Origin: Zancudomyces culisetae HAW-14-8 | Taxonomy: Eukaryota; Fungi; Kickxellomycota | Length of the DNA: 64,000 nucleotides | NCBI GenBank assembly: GCA_052426225.1 | Contig: JBNJNM010000006.1 | Location: 1,922,001-1,986,000, forward strand | Direction: 5' to 3' | Shown here: in pieces, positions 23,390 to 37,850 of the stretch | Layout: each line of letters starts with the position of its first letter | Numbering within the stretch: position 1 is the first letter of the stretch | Notes under the pieces: model-generated | Told to the model about the DNA's origin: nothing | Seen by the model: only the letters and a program-made list of their open reading frames with translations | Databases searched by the model: none | Program-made: the position numbers and the translations under genes

Positions 23390-24801
23390 ATGGTGCAAGT
23401 AGTTAACGAGAATATGATGGATTTTCTCTCCGGTTATACGGTTTCGCATGTGGCTAAAGAAAAGAAATCTCCAAGGAAAATAATTGGGATTAGCTCTGAC
23501 AACACGATTGAAGATGCTTTAGTCCTGATGAGAGAAAATAAAACTCTGTACTTGGGTGTTTGTTTCGATTCGAGTGGAGAGGACACCGGAAATATTCACA
23601 AGTACGGAAAGTTTGAAGATCTTTTGGGGTTAATAGATTTGATAAATTTCGTTGTAACAAATGTAAGTTAAATTGTTGTTTATAGAATTAAAATCATAAG
23701 AAAGCGTGTTAAGAGTAAAGTGAAAGAATACTGCAATGTTCTGGTGAGGGGAAATGGGAGGGGATTGATGGGGGTGAAAGAGAAAACATAAGAAGAGAAG
23801 GAAATAAAATAAAATGAGCATCCAACTTGGTAGTTTTTGATTTTATTGCATCTTGCTTTATGCTATTTCAAGTATTTTTAGAATTTCATGTTTAACTATG
23901 ATATAACAAGTATCTACCCCAAAAAATTTGACAAAAATAGCCAGATTTGGAACCACAGATCAAGGAAAAGGCTTTATATAATAGAGAAATTATGAATAAC
24001 GTATTTAAGACGAAGATAAAAACGGTATTAAAAACCAAAACATCGGAAGCCGCAATAGTCCAGTGTGACCTACCACTTGTAAAGTTGCTAGAGGTAATTA
24101 TACCAGAAAGATACAATTTTGTAAGTGTAAACTGCAAGAAAGCAAGAAAAGATACGAATCAAATCTTGGTAGAAAGAGCGGATGCGAGTTGTGCGTGTGG
24201 GATCGATACGAGCCAACCAATAGCATTGACTCGCCACGACTTACTCAACTTTTTCAATAATAGAAACCATATTATCCAGCCAATCTTGGACATCAAATCC
24301 AAGCAGATAACGGAGCTGTTATTTAAGAACCGAAATAGTAGCTTGAAAGAGAATATCGGATCCAATGCAGGATTTGTGCTAACAAAAGATGGCATAGAAA
24401 GAAATCAAAACATATTATATATGACACCACATACTCTGGCTCTCGAGGGATTTAAGGTGTTAAACACTTATGAAATCAACTCGCTTCCAATATTAAATGC
24501 AAACAATGAGATTCTTTCCGATATCGAAATATCGGCCTTTTGTAATTTAAACAGCACAAACTTCCATTTGCTGGGAAAACCAGTGTTGGCATTTTTAAAC
24601 AATATAGGCACGAGACCTCCAGCAGATAAAGACGTAATACTTTCACGATCCAGATTCATTAACAAGATGTTTACTTTGAACAAGGTATTTACTGGAATGA
24701 TAAATGCAGGAACCCGACAAGTGTGGGTTATTGGTGATAAGTATCAAGTAAATGGGGTTATCTCTATTGTGGATATTTTGGACACCTTTTTAAAGTTGTA
24801 G
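23390..24801 (+). CDS. CBS-domain protein (AMPK-gamma/Sds23-like), 2 exons (intron 23663-23940)
   Basis: CBS-like segments SSDNTIEDALVLM, LTRHDLLNF, ALEGFKVL..INSLPIL, RQVWVI..VNGVISIVDIL. Confidence 0.75.
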
Positions 24802-25261
24802 TTTATGGATCAATAAGCCCATCAACCAAAAAAAAAATTTTTTAGTAGTTCATGGAAATAGATTCTGAGAAAAGCGCTTTATGGGATGGACCATTTAGTA
24901 AAAACGTGTTTTGCTATCACTATTGCTATTTTTAGTTTGCTTTTGGTAGTTTATGTAATTTTGATGTGTATTTTACTTAAAGAATACATTCAATTTAATT
25001 ATTCAAAAACATTGGTACTCAGTGTCACATTAACAAAAGATATATAACAATAAAAAAAAACAGTAAAAAAGAGAACAGAAAAATCGAAAGAGCTTAACCA
25101 TTAAAAAGTTGTATTAGGTATTACGCAAAAGAATTTTAAACCCTGCTGCTAGGCAAATATCAAGCCTAAAGCCGATAGATAGGTGCAAGGCTACAAACTC
25201 ATCTCCTCATAATAGACAAACACCAACAATAAAAAAAGGATGAAGTAAAAGTAGAATTTAA

Positions 25262-26680
25262 TCAGGATTTTTTGGAGAATTCGGCAGAGGATTTCACTCT
25301 CTTTGCATTTGAATTTCCGGCAATATTCTCAAGCTCACTTTTTCTTTTTCTGAACAATCTTTTCATAACATTGTTATCAAACATAGATCCAAAGTTCTTG
25401 GAGATCTCTGAACCCCGTTCCTCCCAAAACTGAGTAATAGATTTGAGCTCAGCCTTAAGATCAGATATTTCATTCTTCAAATCGGTTCTTGTATCTTTGA
25501 CGCTCTTTTTAATATGATCCTTGATCCCTTCAACATGTTTTTGCAGCTGCAGCTCTTGTTCCTGTTAAAGAAAAGAAATTGAAAATGATAAGTATATTGG
25601 AAAACTATAGGTTGATTTAGACTCAAGTAATCTAACACGACAATTCTGTGTTAATAATATTAAGAGTGAATAGTAAATACTAGTAAATAAATAAACATGC
25701 CTTGATAAATGAAATATTTAGTTCTTTCGCCGATACTCCTCTTTCCAAATTTCTTCTTAAATACTTGTCGTAGTCGCGTACTATCCGTGTGATCAAATCC
25801 GATGTCGAAATGTTATTTGTTCTTACTGTTGGCCAAAACTTTCCCTGTTTTTTTACAAACTCATACACATCATCGCAATCTGCTGATGCGTATGGCAAGT
25901 CATCGTGGCATACGTAGTCAATCTATTTGTCGACATAACAGCTTGTTATTGTAGTAACGTAGATTTTCTGTTTATATTACTAATAATCACGGGGTTTGTA
26001 TTATAATCAAAGTAAAGCTTGATGCTGGTCAAAATACCTTGTGCTTATCTATAAACTCTTGGGTCACAACCCATGGTGCATCACGAACCACCTCATCTAC
26101 CCATCTACAGTGTCTTAACGACTCGTATCTCTCCCGTTCCGTCATTACGGTTTTTCCTTTTTTTGAATGTGTATCCCTATCATTACAAGCTGTTTACACA
26201 GACATCGTGTTATTTTAAATGTACATCCAGCTTTTAGCATATTCAAATGATTTATTACTCTTTTTGACCCCCAGGATTTGGGTGGCCCCAAGCAAGATAT
26301 GACAATTATACGCAGCAAGATGATTTTTATTGAGATATACACTTACCTCCAACAATCAAGTATACATTTGGAAGAGATTTTTTTGCCTGTTCAATGGCTC
26401 GTGCGTGTCCATAATGAAACAAATCATATATTCCATCACAATACATGCGAACTGGTCTATCTCTTGGTGGAGGATTGACTTTGTAGTTTGTGGTGGCTGG
26501 GATCTCATAAGATGTGGAAACTGGGATCGGTAACAACTCGTTTTGCTCTTCGTACTCATAATCGCCGAGTCCCATCGGCGATCCTGGTTCGCTAGGAGAT
26601 CCAAACTTATTGGAAAAGCCGGAAAATGGCTCCTTGCCACTACCGTTTGTCTCTTTTTGACTACTTTCTATTCCTGACAT
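25262..26680 (-). CDS. PCT1: Choline-phosphate cytidylyltransferase (CCT), 4 exons
   Basis: [82 protein letters not shown]. Confidence 0.95.
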
Positions 26681-29600
26681 CCCAACAGTCGCTTGTCGTT
26701 TCTACCTATTGTAAGTTTATTGGTAGCTATTTTTTTTTGATAGTAAAAAAAAAAAAGAAACCCTGATTAAAATTGGTTTGTTTTGCAATAGTTGTTGGAT
26801 TAGCAAACATTCTTTTAATTTTTCTAGTAGATTTAGGTTTGTTTTTTTTTATTATTTACATTTACTAACAATTAAAAGAAAAGCATTGAATGCAAAGAAG
26901 TGGCAAATGGCGAATGGCATATGCAAAGAATAATAGTGCAGACTAGATTTTTCACGACTCAATTTGCTACTTTCATTATTCATTTGTTCCCATTGGCTTT
27001 TAAATGATCTGGGTTCTATAAGCCGCATATGAAAGGGCTATGTTGAGGGAAAAACGTGTCAAAAAAGAAAAACGGATTGTGAAAAAAAAAATGGAGAACA
27101 GACCTAGTAGTTGAGAACCAAGTACAGCCAATACGGGACGAGGGCGTTGGTTTTGCTATGTTTAATTTCGATATTAGACTTAAAAGCAGTGAAGAACGGC
27201 AATCGCTGGTCAAGAGGACATGATGATATTGCATATTATTGATAGATACCCATCTTTGATAGTGGTTTTTAGTAATACTTTTGACCATTGATTCAAACAT
27301 TGAGAGACAAGGCCATATTTTCAAGTGTTAGATGATGATGTACATATTAACGTTTTAGAACTATTGGTATTAGATTGAGTTGTAAGTACAACATTCAAAT
27401 AAATGGACAGAGCCAGCACTTAGCACTAACTAAAAGTAAATAAGTAGAAAGACCTTGGGAAACCCTGAGATTTGATTGATTAACTGGAGAAAGACACCAA
27501 GAGTAGAATTCTGTTTGGGGGTTTTTGTTTTTGTGGGGTTAATTGTGATGGCAGTATAAAGTATTAGTCGAGGAAGCAGTGATATGATATATATTGGAGG
27601 AATTGGATAGATTGAAGAGGGTGTGTAGGAAAAAGAATGTATATGTGCTCTTGTATAATACGGTTATGTGTCTGTAAAGTAAACATAAATAAATTACAAA
27701 TGCAGTACAATTTGAGATCGCTCAACAGGGCGCTATGGATGCAGGCAAAAAGTAACATGATAAAGGTACTTTGGTTCAGAATATACTCTTTTAGAGAAAA
27801 ATAGTTTATAAACCCCATTTGAGTGACAAGTATTTATTTTGGACACTAATAATATACAACAAGATCGGGTATATCTAAATTAAACCAGAAGTATGACAAA
27901 ATATACATATAACATGCTGATGAGAACCATTTAAAAAAAATGCGCGAATGTTTACAAAACAAGTAGTGACGGAGAAGGTTGCAAATAAAAAAAAGGTTAA
28001 TGAAGAGGAAGAGGCTATAGTTTATTTTCAGCTAGTAATAGTAACAGGATAGTACATTCATTCTAATTTGGTAATATTGGTTGTATATGCATATAAAGGA
28101 GCGGAGAGGGAAATACATCTAAATACTGGTTGGATAAAAAAAAGCGATTTAAAGGGGAGGGACAAACTTTAGATAAACAAATGATGTAAAAGCAGTAAAG
28201 GGGTAGCAAATTCAGGGTTGGGTACAGCCAATGTGTGATAAAAAACGTTGAAAGTTATAGACCAGATCGGAAGCGAGAAAGTGAGGGGAAGAGTGTTTTC
28301 TCTGCAATATTCATTCCCCCAAATCTGATAATGAATTTAGTACAGAACGCTTTTAGAGTAAAATAAGAAAGTAACAATTCGACGAGAATTTCTGGACAAA
28401 AATGCCAATAAATAGTGATACTAATAGTGCAAGATGTTTGCGAGTAGTAGGTACAGTAGTATCCAGAAATGTGTATGTAAATTGTTTTTATAAATGCTGT
28501 ACATACTCCTAGTATTCAGAATTGACTTGAAAAGGTAAACCTAGTACAGATGGATACAAAACAACATTGCAGTTAGATGGGGTTGTTTTTGAAAAGTGTA
28601 TCACAAGTTCTGCTTTTTTAATTTAGCGAATGTTAGCAAAATAATTCGCAGGGAAAAACAGGCGGACAATTCGCACTATTATCAATCCCAAGAAAACTCC
28701 TTGGTTGTTTATTCAATCAAATGATATTTTGTTTCGGTAATTAAAGATGATCAATCAAAACTGCACCTGTATAAAGCTACCAAGAAACAACATGTTAAAG
28801 GGAAATTGGCTGGACAGATGCAATATGACGTAATGGACGATTTAAAAGAATTAATGCGAAAACAAAAAAATAACCAGGCAATAAGGTGGTAACAAAAACA
28901 AAAAATAGAGATGATTTTTTGGTATTTGAGCAATGTCCATAACCAAGCGCGTTTTACAAAATGTATAGTAAAAATGAATAAATAAAAGTAAAAATAAAAA
29001 AATAAAAAAAAACACAAGCAAATAAATAGAAAGTGATTTGCAAAACCTGATGCATATGGTTGTTGATGAGTATGGGGATTTTGAGTGCACAGCGCAGTGT
29101 ATTTCCAGTTGAAATCGCGAAAAAAAAAATTTTTTTTTTAATTTACTTTATGAAAATTAATTTATTGTTACTAAAAACCGAAAATAAATCGAATTGGCTA
29201 GAAATTGAAAATGGGTGTGTAAAGAGGGAGGGGGGGTATAAGGGCTGGTGGTGTGCAGAATGGAGGAAACTAGGTAAAAGTAAGCTAAAAAAATAAATTA
29301 AAGGAAAAAATAACAAAGTTTGGTAATAAAAAAACGTGAAGAATTCTTGGGTTCCAAGGGTATTTAGCAAACATAGTCACTCAAAAAAATAAAACTAGAA
29401 TAAAACAGGAAATTGGGATAAAAATAGAGCAAATGAAAATAAATAAAAATTGGAAAGAATAATCTGAGAATTTCAAACGAAAACAAATAAAAGCCAAAGA
29501 GAAAAAAAAAAGGACGCTAGTTACATGAAAATTAATAAGGGCTTGGGGTTAAATAAGTTGTGAAATTATTTTACTAGTTGTGATGACCGAATAGGAGGGA

Positions 29601-30550
29601 GATACAAGTAAATTGTACACTAAGTTGTCAAAAAATAAAAACAATTCTGGCGTGTAGCAGGGTAGTCAAAAACTTCAAAGGCAGTAACTTGTGCAAGAAA
29701 GAGAGAGTTTCTTTTTTTGCTGGGCTTTGTTAGATGGGAAGCATTCGATTGTAAATTACGAGAGGAAAATCTAAATCTGATTATTATTATTTCTTGAAAG
29801 GAGTGGGGAGAGAAAGAGAGGTGTATCCAGCTCATTAATTTGTAATTCGTGTTTGAAATCTCGAGGGAAATAAAAAAAGGCAAAAGGTATATAGAACATC
29901 CTGAAAACAAAGAGGAGTATCAGAGGAATTTTGAAGGAGAGAACGAATCGAAAACCTAGAGACGAATAAAGAAACGCTGATCGGAAGGGAGTGAGCGAGC
30001 GAAAGGTAAAGCATAAGAAAATTTAAGGTAAGAAAGGAAAGAGACGAGCATTTTAATAATAATATAGAAATTCTTGGATTTGGAGCCCTTTTGCCAAAAG
30101 TGATCAATCAGCATAATCCGAAAACAAAAAGGTTGCGGATGATATCACGAATATTGTTTAAATGTTCGTGATGAGGGGAGAGGTGGGGGGGGGGGCTAAT
30201 ATTACAAGTTTTTAATAAACAAATACAGTTGAGTACGTAAAGATGAGGTGAAGAAATTGATGCTGAAAGCATTGTGCTAGTGATAGATTGGCAGAGGTTC
30301 TATGTATTTATGATTATTAATTTAAATTAAAAGAACTATGGTGGTGGTGGTGTAAGATTTTATAAAAGGAAAGGGTCAAACTTCTGAAATAACAGTGTAA
30401 TTTAACATATGTAAAACGAAACGAGAATAAATCGTTTTGTTGAGGGATATGATTTAGGCGTAAACTGTGTAAAGGATTAAAATAGAAAGAGCAATGAATT
30501 TACTAATACTAGGATTACAAATAAATAAAAATAATAGAACGATGATAAAA

Positions 30551-33500
30551 ATGGAAACACAAATGATGGGAAATGTCCAAGTGCTAAGAGCAGAGGAGAT
30601 AATGAGCAAAAAAAGAGCCAGTCCAGAGGCATCTGGGGGTTCTGGAAGCGATCTTAGCTTAGGGCTGCAGAATAAGGATAAAAAGGAGATGGTTGGACAA
30701 AAAAAGGTTATATTGTGTGTGATTGTAATCGAAAACTCAAAACGAATAGAAAGTGTTTTTCCAAAGCTTTATAGCGAGGTATTAGAGAAGATTATAAGGT
30801 GAGTAAGGTGAAATAAAACATGATAAACAAGAAACGGGGAAAGCAAGAGAGGGAAAAAATGAGAGCAAGATACTAACTAAAAAATCAATAAATGTAGAGA
30901 GCTGAGGACGCCAGTGTTGGTGACGGGTGTAAACGTACCAATAAAGGTGACACCAGTGGTTAAAATAGGAGTGGTATTTTATGGGGATTACTCGCCAATG
31001 TCAAACAATGCGGTGTTATCAAAGTACTTTACGACGAACTATCGAAAGTTTGGGATAGAAATGCTGAGACATGAGTTTGATGTAGGAGGGCATATCAGGA
31101 GCGCGGTTTTGGAGGGGTTGGTAGGAGCGCTTGAAATGATGGATGACTTTGCGGATTTTGATGAGGATGCAAAAATAGTAGATGTGCACTCTAAACATTG
31201 TGTAGTGGTGGGGGGAGCATTGCCGTACGGAATTGAGGGCCTGCTTATGCAAGAGCTAGCGGGAAACAATGGTGATGAGAGCAGTGCCAGACTAATACAG
31301 GAGCTTGGATGGAGACAGACGGGTGTAGGAGTGTTGGAAGAGTACTGTCGCGAGAACCAGCGAAGAGAATATGATGGAACAACGCTGTCTAAAGCATTGG
31401 ATTTGATTAGACAGCGGGCGGTGAATTTTTCAGCGGTTGCGCTAACCAGTAAAGAAGGAGAATATTTCAGAGTGATGATCAGAAAGGGTAGCAGTTCAGG
31501 TCGGCAGCCGGTTCTAGTTCCTAGTGGACAGACAGGAGGATTCCCGCTGTATACTACAAATATAAATATTGGACAGTCAGAGGCTGAAGAAGAGGAGGTA
31601 CTTGGCGGACCAGAAAAGAAAGTAAAGATAGACTCTACAAGCGAGGCAACGAAAATTCAGGAGGTAGAAAGTAGAAATGATACAACTACAGTCACAAACA
31701 CAACAGTAACAGCAACAGCAACAGCTACTCCAGCTGCAGTTCCAACTACGGGAGTAGTGGCGGACACGACCGCGGGTTCGGCTGCGAGTTCAGGAGGAGA
31801 GGCGCAAGTGGATGAGTCGGGTATACAGAACAGAGATGGAGCGCCTGAGTTGGGTGTTTCAACAGCAACGACAATAGCAACAGGAGCAGGAGCAGGAGCA
31901 GGAACAGTAGCAACACCAACAGTAATAGCCACACCAACAGAGGTACAGCAAGATTCAAGAGGAACTAGTGAGAGTCGGAGCGTGGAGGGAGGTGAGGCAG
32001 CAGGAATAATGCCATCTATATCACGTAGGGGCCGGGGAAGTAAGGCGGCATCGAAAAAGGGATCGCCTCGCAGTACCAAGATGGCCAACAAGAAAATGGC
32101 ATCGATATCACCGGCACCAGTTAGTAAAACTGAGGGAGGAATTGGAGAGAGGCCAGTACAGACACAAGAGCAAATGGCCAATGCGGCTGCAATGGTGATG
32201 GGTGGAGAGGCAGGTTTGGGTGCGGGGCTTGCAATAAACACACGGGTAGGAGCATTAGCGACACCAAATGGCGCAACAGTTTCAACACCAGCAGTAGGAA
32301 CGCCAGTTATACCCATAACAACAGCAACAGTAACAGGTGCAGGTGCAGGTGCAAGTGCAGGGCAAACTCAGAACCAGGGACAGGAGGGTGTACCAACAGC
32401 AACAGCAACGCCAACGCCAACAGTAACCACAGCAGCGACACCAGTAACCACAGCAGAGGCAGCAGCAACACTTTCAGCCTTTGTGACTAAGATCAAGGCG
32501 CTAGAAGCCCAGATTTCACAAGTTGAACAGCAACAACAGGTGCGGGTAAGTCAACTACAAAAGTTACAACAGGTCGAAGAGTTCAAAAACACGCCGGGGG
32601 GTACAACAGCAGCACAAATGGCACAGGCAGCACGACAAAAGGCCCTGTTGGTTCAGGAATGTAGAAACATGCAGATTATGCAGCAGACGCTTGTACAACA
32701 GTTGGGAGCAGCTAAACAGCAGTTGCTTCAACACCCACTTTATAATCAAATGCTGAAACAACAACAGTTACAACAAGCTCAGCAACAACAACAGCAACAA
32801 CAAGCTCAACAGCAAGCTCAACAACAAGCTCAGCATCAGGCACATCAACAACAACAACAACAACAGCAGGCTCAACAACAAGCTCAGCATCAGGCGCAAC
32901 AGCAACAACAACAGCAACAGCAGGCTCAGCATCAGGCGCAACAGCAACAACAACAGCAACAGGCTCAACTCCAGCTTCAACAACTTTTGAGTCAACAACA
33001 AAAGTTAAAGAACAGAGAGCAACAAGGACAAGAAAATTCGATGATGCAGAACCCATTGTTTGCACAACTACAAAACCAACTGCAAACACAAACACAAGCA
33101 CAGATACAACAACTTCAAGAGCTACAAAGTCCTCAATTGGTACAGACAGGAGCAACTCCAATACCAACATCACTACCAATGTCGGGAAATAAAAGCCAGG
33201 AAAATATTATGGGTTCGCCAAAGGCAGTGAGGCAGCTACAACAGCTACAGCAAAACACGATGTTTTCAAAGACAGTGACACCATCGCCTAGCGGAGGGAC
33301 CAATTTGATGATGCAAGGAAGTATGAGTGAGGGACAGAATCAGATGGCAGGGTTGAGTGCAGTAATGGCTCAACAACAAAAGAACAAGTCGCCAATGGAT
33401 CAGCAACAACAAGCACAACAGCAGCAGCAGCAGCAGGCTCTTCAGAGGACAACATCAAACCAGCAAGTACAACAACAACAACAACAACAACAAGGACAGG

Positions 33501-35599
33501 GACAGGGACAGGTGTATGCACCAAGTCCAGCGGTTGGTCAAATCACACATCAACAAGCAGTCCAAACAGTTGTAAGGTTGTCACAAATGGTTAATCGAGA
33601 ACCCAAAGTGGTGGTGGCGATGAGTGCGACAGAACTAGCCAATTTATTGCTGGTTTCCAACGCTCAAGACAAGCAGCAAAGTCTTTCTACAGCCCAGCAC
33701 GTGCTGTTGAACACGTTGACTAAGTATCGTGCGCAGTACAACGACAATGAGGTGTTTATGCAGTCGATAGCGGCGGCGGCAGCAGCAGCACTGGCTCAGC
33801 AAGAAGGTAACAAGGGGGTGCCACGACCAGAGGCAGGCGGCGAAGTTGTACAGCAGAAGATGAACTTGGGAGGGCGTGAGCATCAGAAGGCGGTTGAGTC
33901 ACCAAAGATAGCAGAGGGAGCGCCAAAACACCAAAGCATGGTTCAGTTTGGCACGGGCAAAACCAACCATTTGCTTAGGTCGGATACGGGAGATTCATTC
34001 CAAGTGTCGAATTTCTGGAAGGGAGTGATTATCAGTGCAGCACGGACGCCAAATGGCAAGCTGACAGAAATGGTGATTCCAGCAACGTCAATAGCTATGG
34101 CAAGCGAAGGTAATCTGATCAGCGATTGTGTGATCAGCCAGTGGCCGGCCCAGTTAAATGTTACAGGGCTGCTAAACATCAGTGCGTCGCAGGTTAGCGA
34201 GTGGGCAAAAGTGGTGCGAGTGCCACAGGTTGTTTTTATTCGCAGTTCCGATGCAGAACAAAAGTTGACGGGTGCGGCGTTTGGGGGATACACGCTGTCG
34301 CAGAATGAGTTGTCGTACAATTTTGATTCGTTTTGTTCCACGCTCAAGCAAGGTTCGTATGTCGGGATCATTCGGTTCAACGAGCCATCGGCACGGCCGG
34401 GAGAGTTGTTTGGTATTATGTTGGTTCCACTCAACGAGTCACTGCTTGGATTTGTGTTTCTCAAACAGCCAATTCCAACTCATTTCTGTGATATGTCTAG
34501 TCAGCTGACACCTGCCATTTCGGCCCAGAAATTGATTACTCCTCAGCTCAAATCGGCTGAGGTTATGAATACGAATATGAATACGAATATGAATATGGCT
34601 ATGGCGATGAATACGTTTAGTCCTGGAACCAAGCATTCCCAACCACTTTCTTCATCTGCTGTAAATGCCAATTTGTTGTCTCCAAAATCCAAAACTCAAA
34701 CTCCTTTATCTGCAAGTACTCCTCTAACTATTTCTTCAAATATAGCAAATACAAATATTCAATCTGAACTAATTCAACAACAACAACAACATCAACAATT
34801 ACAACAACAACAGCAGCAACAACAACAACAACAATTACAACAGCAGCAGCAACAACAGGCTCAACAGGCCCAGCAACAACAACAACAAGCACAGCTTCAG
34901 CAATTACAACAGCAGCAACAGCAGCAGCAGCAACAGCAGCAACAACAACAACAACAACAGCAGAAATTACAGCAACAACACCAACAAGCTCTTCAAAGAG
35001 CAATGTCAAACCACCAACAAAACTCAGCATCACTTGGCCAAAATCTGTTATTTAATTCTTCAGATCTTTCAGCTGAAACGTCTTCATCTAAACAGTCAAA
35101 CATAAACCCTGGTTCTACTCAGTTTGCTAATCTTGCATCGCCTGCCCAACAATCCAACTTTTCGATTGGGTATAATTTAACTAATGCCTCTGTAAACTCT
35201 AATGCCAACTCTAACGCTGCTTCCAATGTAAATCCAAACACAAATCCAAATGCGAATGCGAATGCGAATGCGAATACAAACACCAATTCTAATTCCAATA
35301 GTGCAGGCACAGGCACAGGTACAGGTACAGGTACAGGTACAGCTACTCCCAGTATTGGTTCCAATTCCAACACAACGGCCAATGCCAATGCGGGTGACTC
35401 AATAATGTCATCAAATGTTTCGTCTACACCAAACTTACAACAGAAACAGAGCATATTATCATCAACGGCAACAACAGCCAGCCAACAAATCCAGTTGTTC
35501 CAACAACTTGTGCAGCATTATGTTACTCAGGGATATTCCTTGGCTCAGGCGCAACAAAATGCCAAGTTGCAGATTCAATTTCATTTACAACAACAAGCT

Positions 35600-35632
<33 letters not shown>

Positions 35633-37186
35633 GCTCAGCAAAAAGCCCAGCAGTTACAAAAGCAACAACAACAACAACAACAAGCTCAGCAGCAACAACA
35701 ACAAGCTCAGCAACAACAGTTACAACAACAACAACAACAACAAGCACAGGCTCAGGCACAAGCTCAGGCACAGGCTCAGGCTCAGGCTCAGGCACAGGCA
35801 CAAGCACAAGCACAAGCGCAGGCACAAGCACAAAAGGCCCAACAAGCTCAACAACAAGCTCAACAACAACAAGCCCAACAACAGGCCCAACAAAAGTCTC
35901 AACAGGACTCATCATTGTCTGCATCAGCTGCCTCACCAGTAGACTTAGTTTCGTTGTTTGCTGCAAATGGTATCAATTTATCAACTGATCAAATTAACCA
36001 GCTTCGTGCTCTTCATCCATCTCAACAAGCTACTTCCCTACAAATTCTTTTGGCCCAGAAACAACAACAGCAACAACAACAACAACAACAACAACAACAA
36101 GCTCAGCAGCAGCAACAACAGCAACAACAGCAACAACAGCAGCAACAACAAGCTCAACAAGCTCAACAACAAGCCCAACAACAAGCTCAACAGCAAGCTC
36201 AACAACAAGCTCAGCAACAACAAGCTCAACAACAACAACAACAACAGGCTCAGCAGGCACATTATATGTCAGAAAATAAAAGCACAGGCAGCAATGCCAA
36301 CATGAGTTTAAACAATCCACTGGCTCAGCTGAATATCCAATCGCTTAACAGTTTATTTGCTAATGCTAACGCGGGTGGAAATGTTGGTAATCTTCCTAGC
36401 TCTCTATTACTGAATAACCTCAATGCCTTGGCCAATTCTGGAGCCAAACAGAATGTCATGAGCTCTGTTCATTCGCTATCTCAATCACATCAACATGGTC
36501 AAAACCAAAGCCAGGCTCAAAGCCAAAATCAGAACCAAAGCCAAAACCAAAGCCAGAGTCAAACTCAAAACCAAAACCAGTCCCAAACTCAAGCACAAAC
36601 TCAAGCACAAGCACAAGCACACGCTACACATGCCGCTGCTCATTCACATCTACGTGGTACTCCGTCATTATCTGCCCAAAACCCAAATACCAATGCCAAC
36701 ATGGGGATGGGTGTAAACATGAATGCAATGAACATGAACGCAATGAACCTTGGCGGGCTGGGTGGACTTGGGATGAACATGGGGGCGATTGGTATGAATC
36801 CCACAGTTTCTTCTGGGGGGAATTCTGGCGGGTTTAACATTTCTGCGGCAAACCCACTTGTTTCCCCTCTGCTGCAATCTGGACTTCTTTCTGCTGCTGC
36901 AGTAGGCAATCCTAATGCTGCTGAGGTTCTGCTAGCATCCCACAGCCAAAACGCGAGTGCTGGTGCTTCGTCTGCGACTCCTGGTGCTTTAAGTACTCCC
37001 GGAATTACTGCCAACACAGCAACTCCTACTCCTACTGCTGCTAATGCCAATCCCAGTGCGAATGCAAATGCAAATGCTAATGCGAATGCTGCTACACCAG
37101 GATATGGTCTCAATAACATTACTCCCCAACAGTATCAAATGTGGCGCCAGTGGCAGCTTTCACAGAACCAATTTTTCAGGCCTTAA
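30551..37186 (+). CDS. MED25: Mediator subunit MED25-like protein (VWA domain, ACID-like domain, very long polyQ/QA tracts), about 2180 aa, intron 30799-30897
   Basis: VWA: CVIVIENS..VFPKL..IGVVFY..FDVGGHIRSAVLEGLVGALEMMDDF..KHCVVVGGALPY. ACID-like: FWKGVI..WPAQLNV..VGIIRF..MLVP..LLGFVF. Start codon uncertain (30542 or 30551). Confidence 0.75.
32755..36260 (+). repeat. Coding CAA/CAG polyglutamine and QA repeats (about 32755-33000, 33400-33510, 34774-34990, 35588-35905, 36056-36260)
   Basis: Directly visible trinucleotide and hexanucleotide repeats. Confidence 0.95.
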
Positions 37187-37850
37187 AAGGAAGAAAGAAG
37201 AAAATATAAAAAAGGGGCGGGGGGGGAGAGAGTCTTGATCTTTGTGACTTATTTTAGACATTTATATATTTATATTTTTACTACATGTTTTTGTCTTTTA
37301 ATGATTCTTCGTATTTGTTTATTTTGTTTATTTTTTTATATTATATTATATTATATATATGTTTTTAACAATTATTCTGTTATAGTAATATTAAGATTGA
37401 AACATGATGGTTTTTATTTATTATTATTTAGTTCAATCCATGAGAGCCAAATACAATACAAACTCTCTCCCCTGCTTCTCCAAATATATATAAAACTTTT
37501 GTATTATTTACAGTATATTTCAATATATTTGTGTAAATTATATGCACTGATTTACTAATTCTTGGGATTTGGATTAATCCACGAAAAAATAACCTAATAA
37601 TTACATATATATATAAAATTTTTTTTTTAGATGAAAGCGAGTGAGTGGTGAATACTAGTAAAAATTAGCAAACATTTAATGAGCAATATTGAATGAATTG
37701 AATTAATTGAATTAATAATAAATATTAATCCTCTACAAATCATTTCTAGAACCAGCACATAACGACTAAACATAGAAATAGAAATAGAAATAGAAAGTGA
37801 ATTAGAAAAAGAAAAACAAAAAGGGGATAAACAGGGACGGTAAATAAACG

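Noticed and set aside
32564-36320. Poly-Leu, poly-Val and poly-Asn ORFs overlapping MED25
   Set aside because: Alternative-frame and antisense readings of CAA/CAG repeats.
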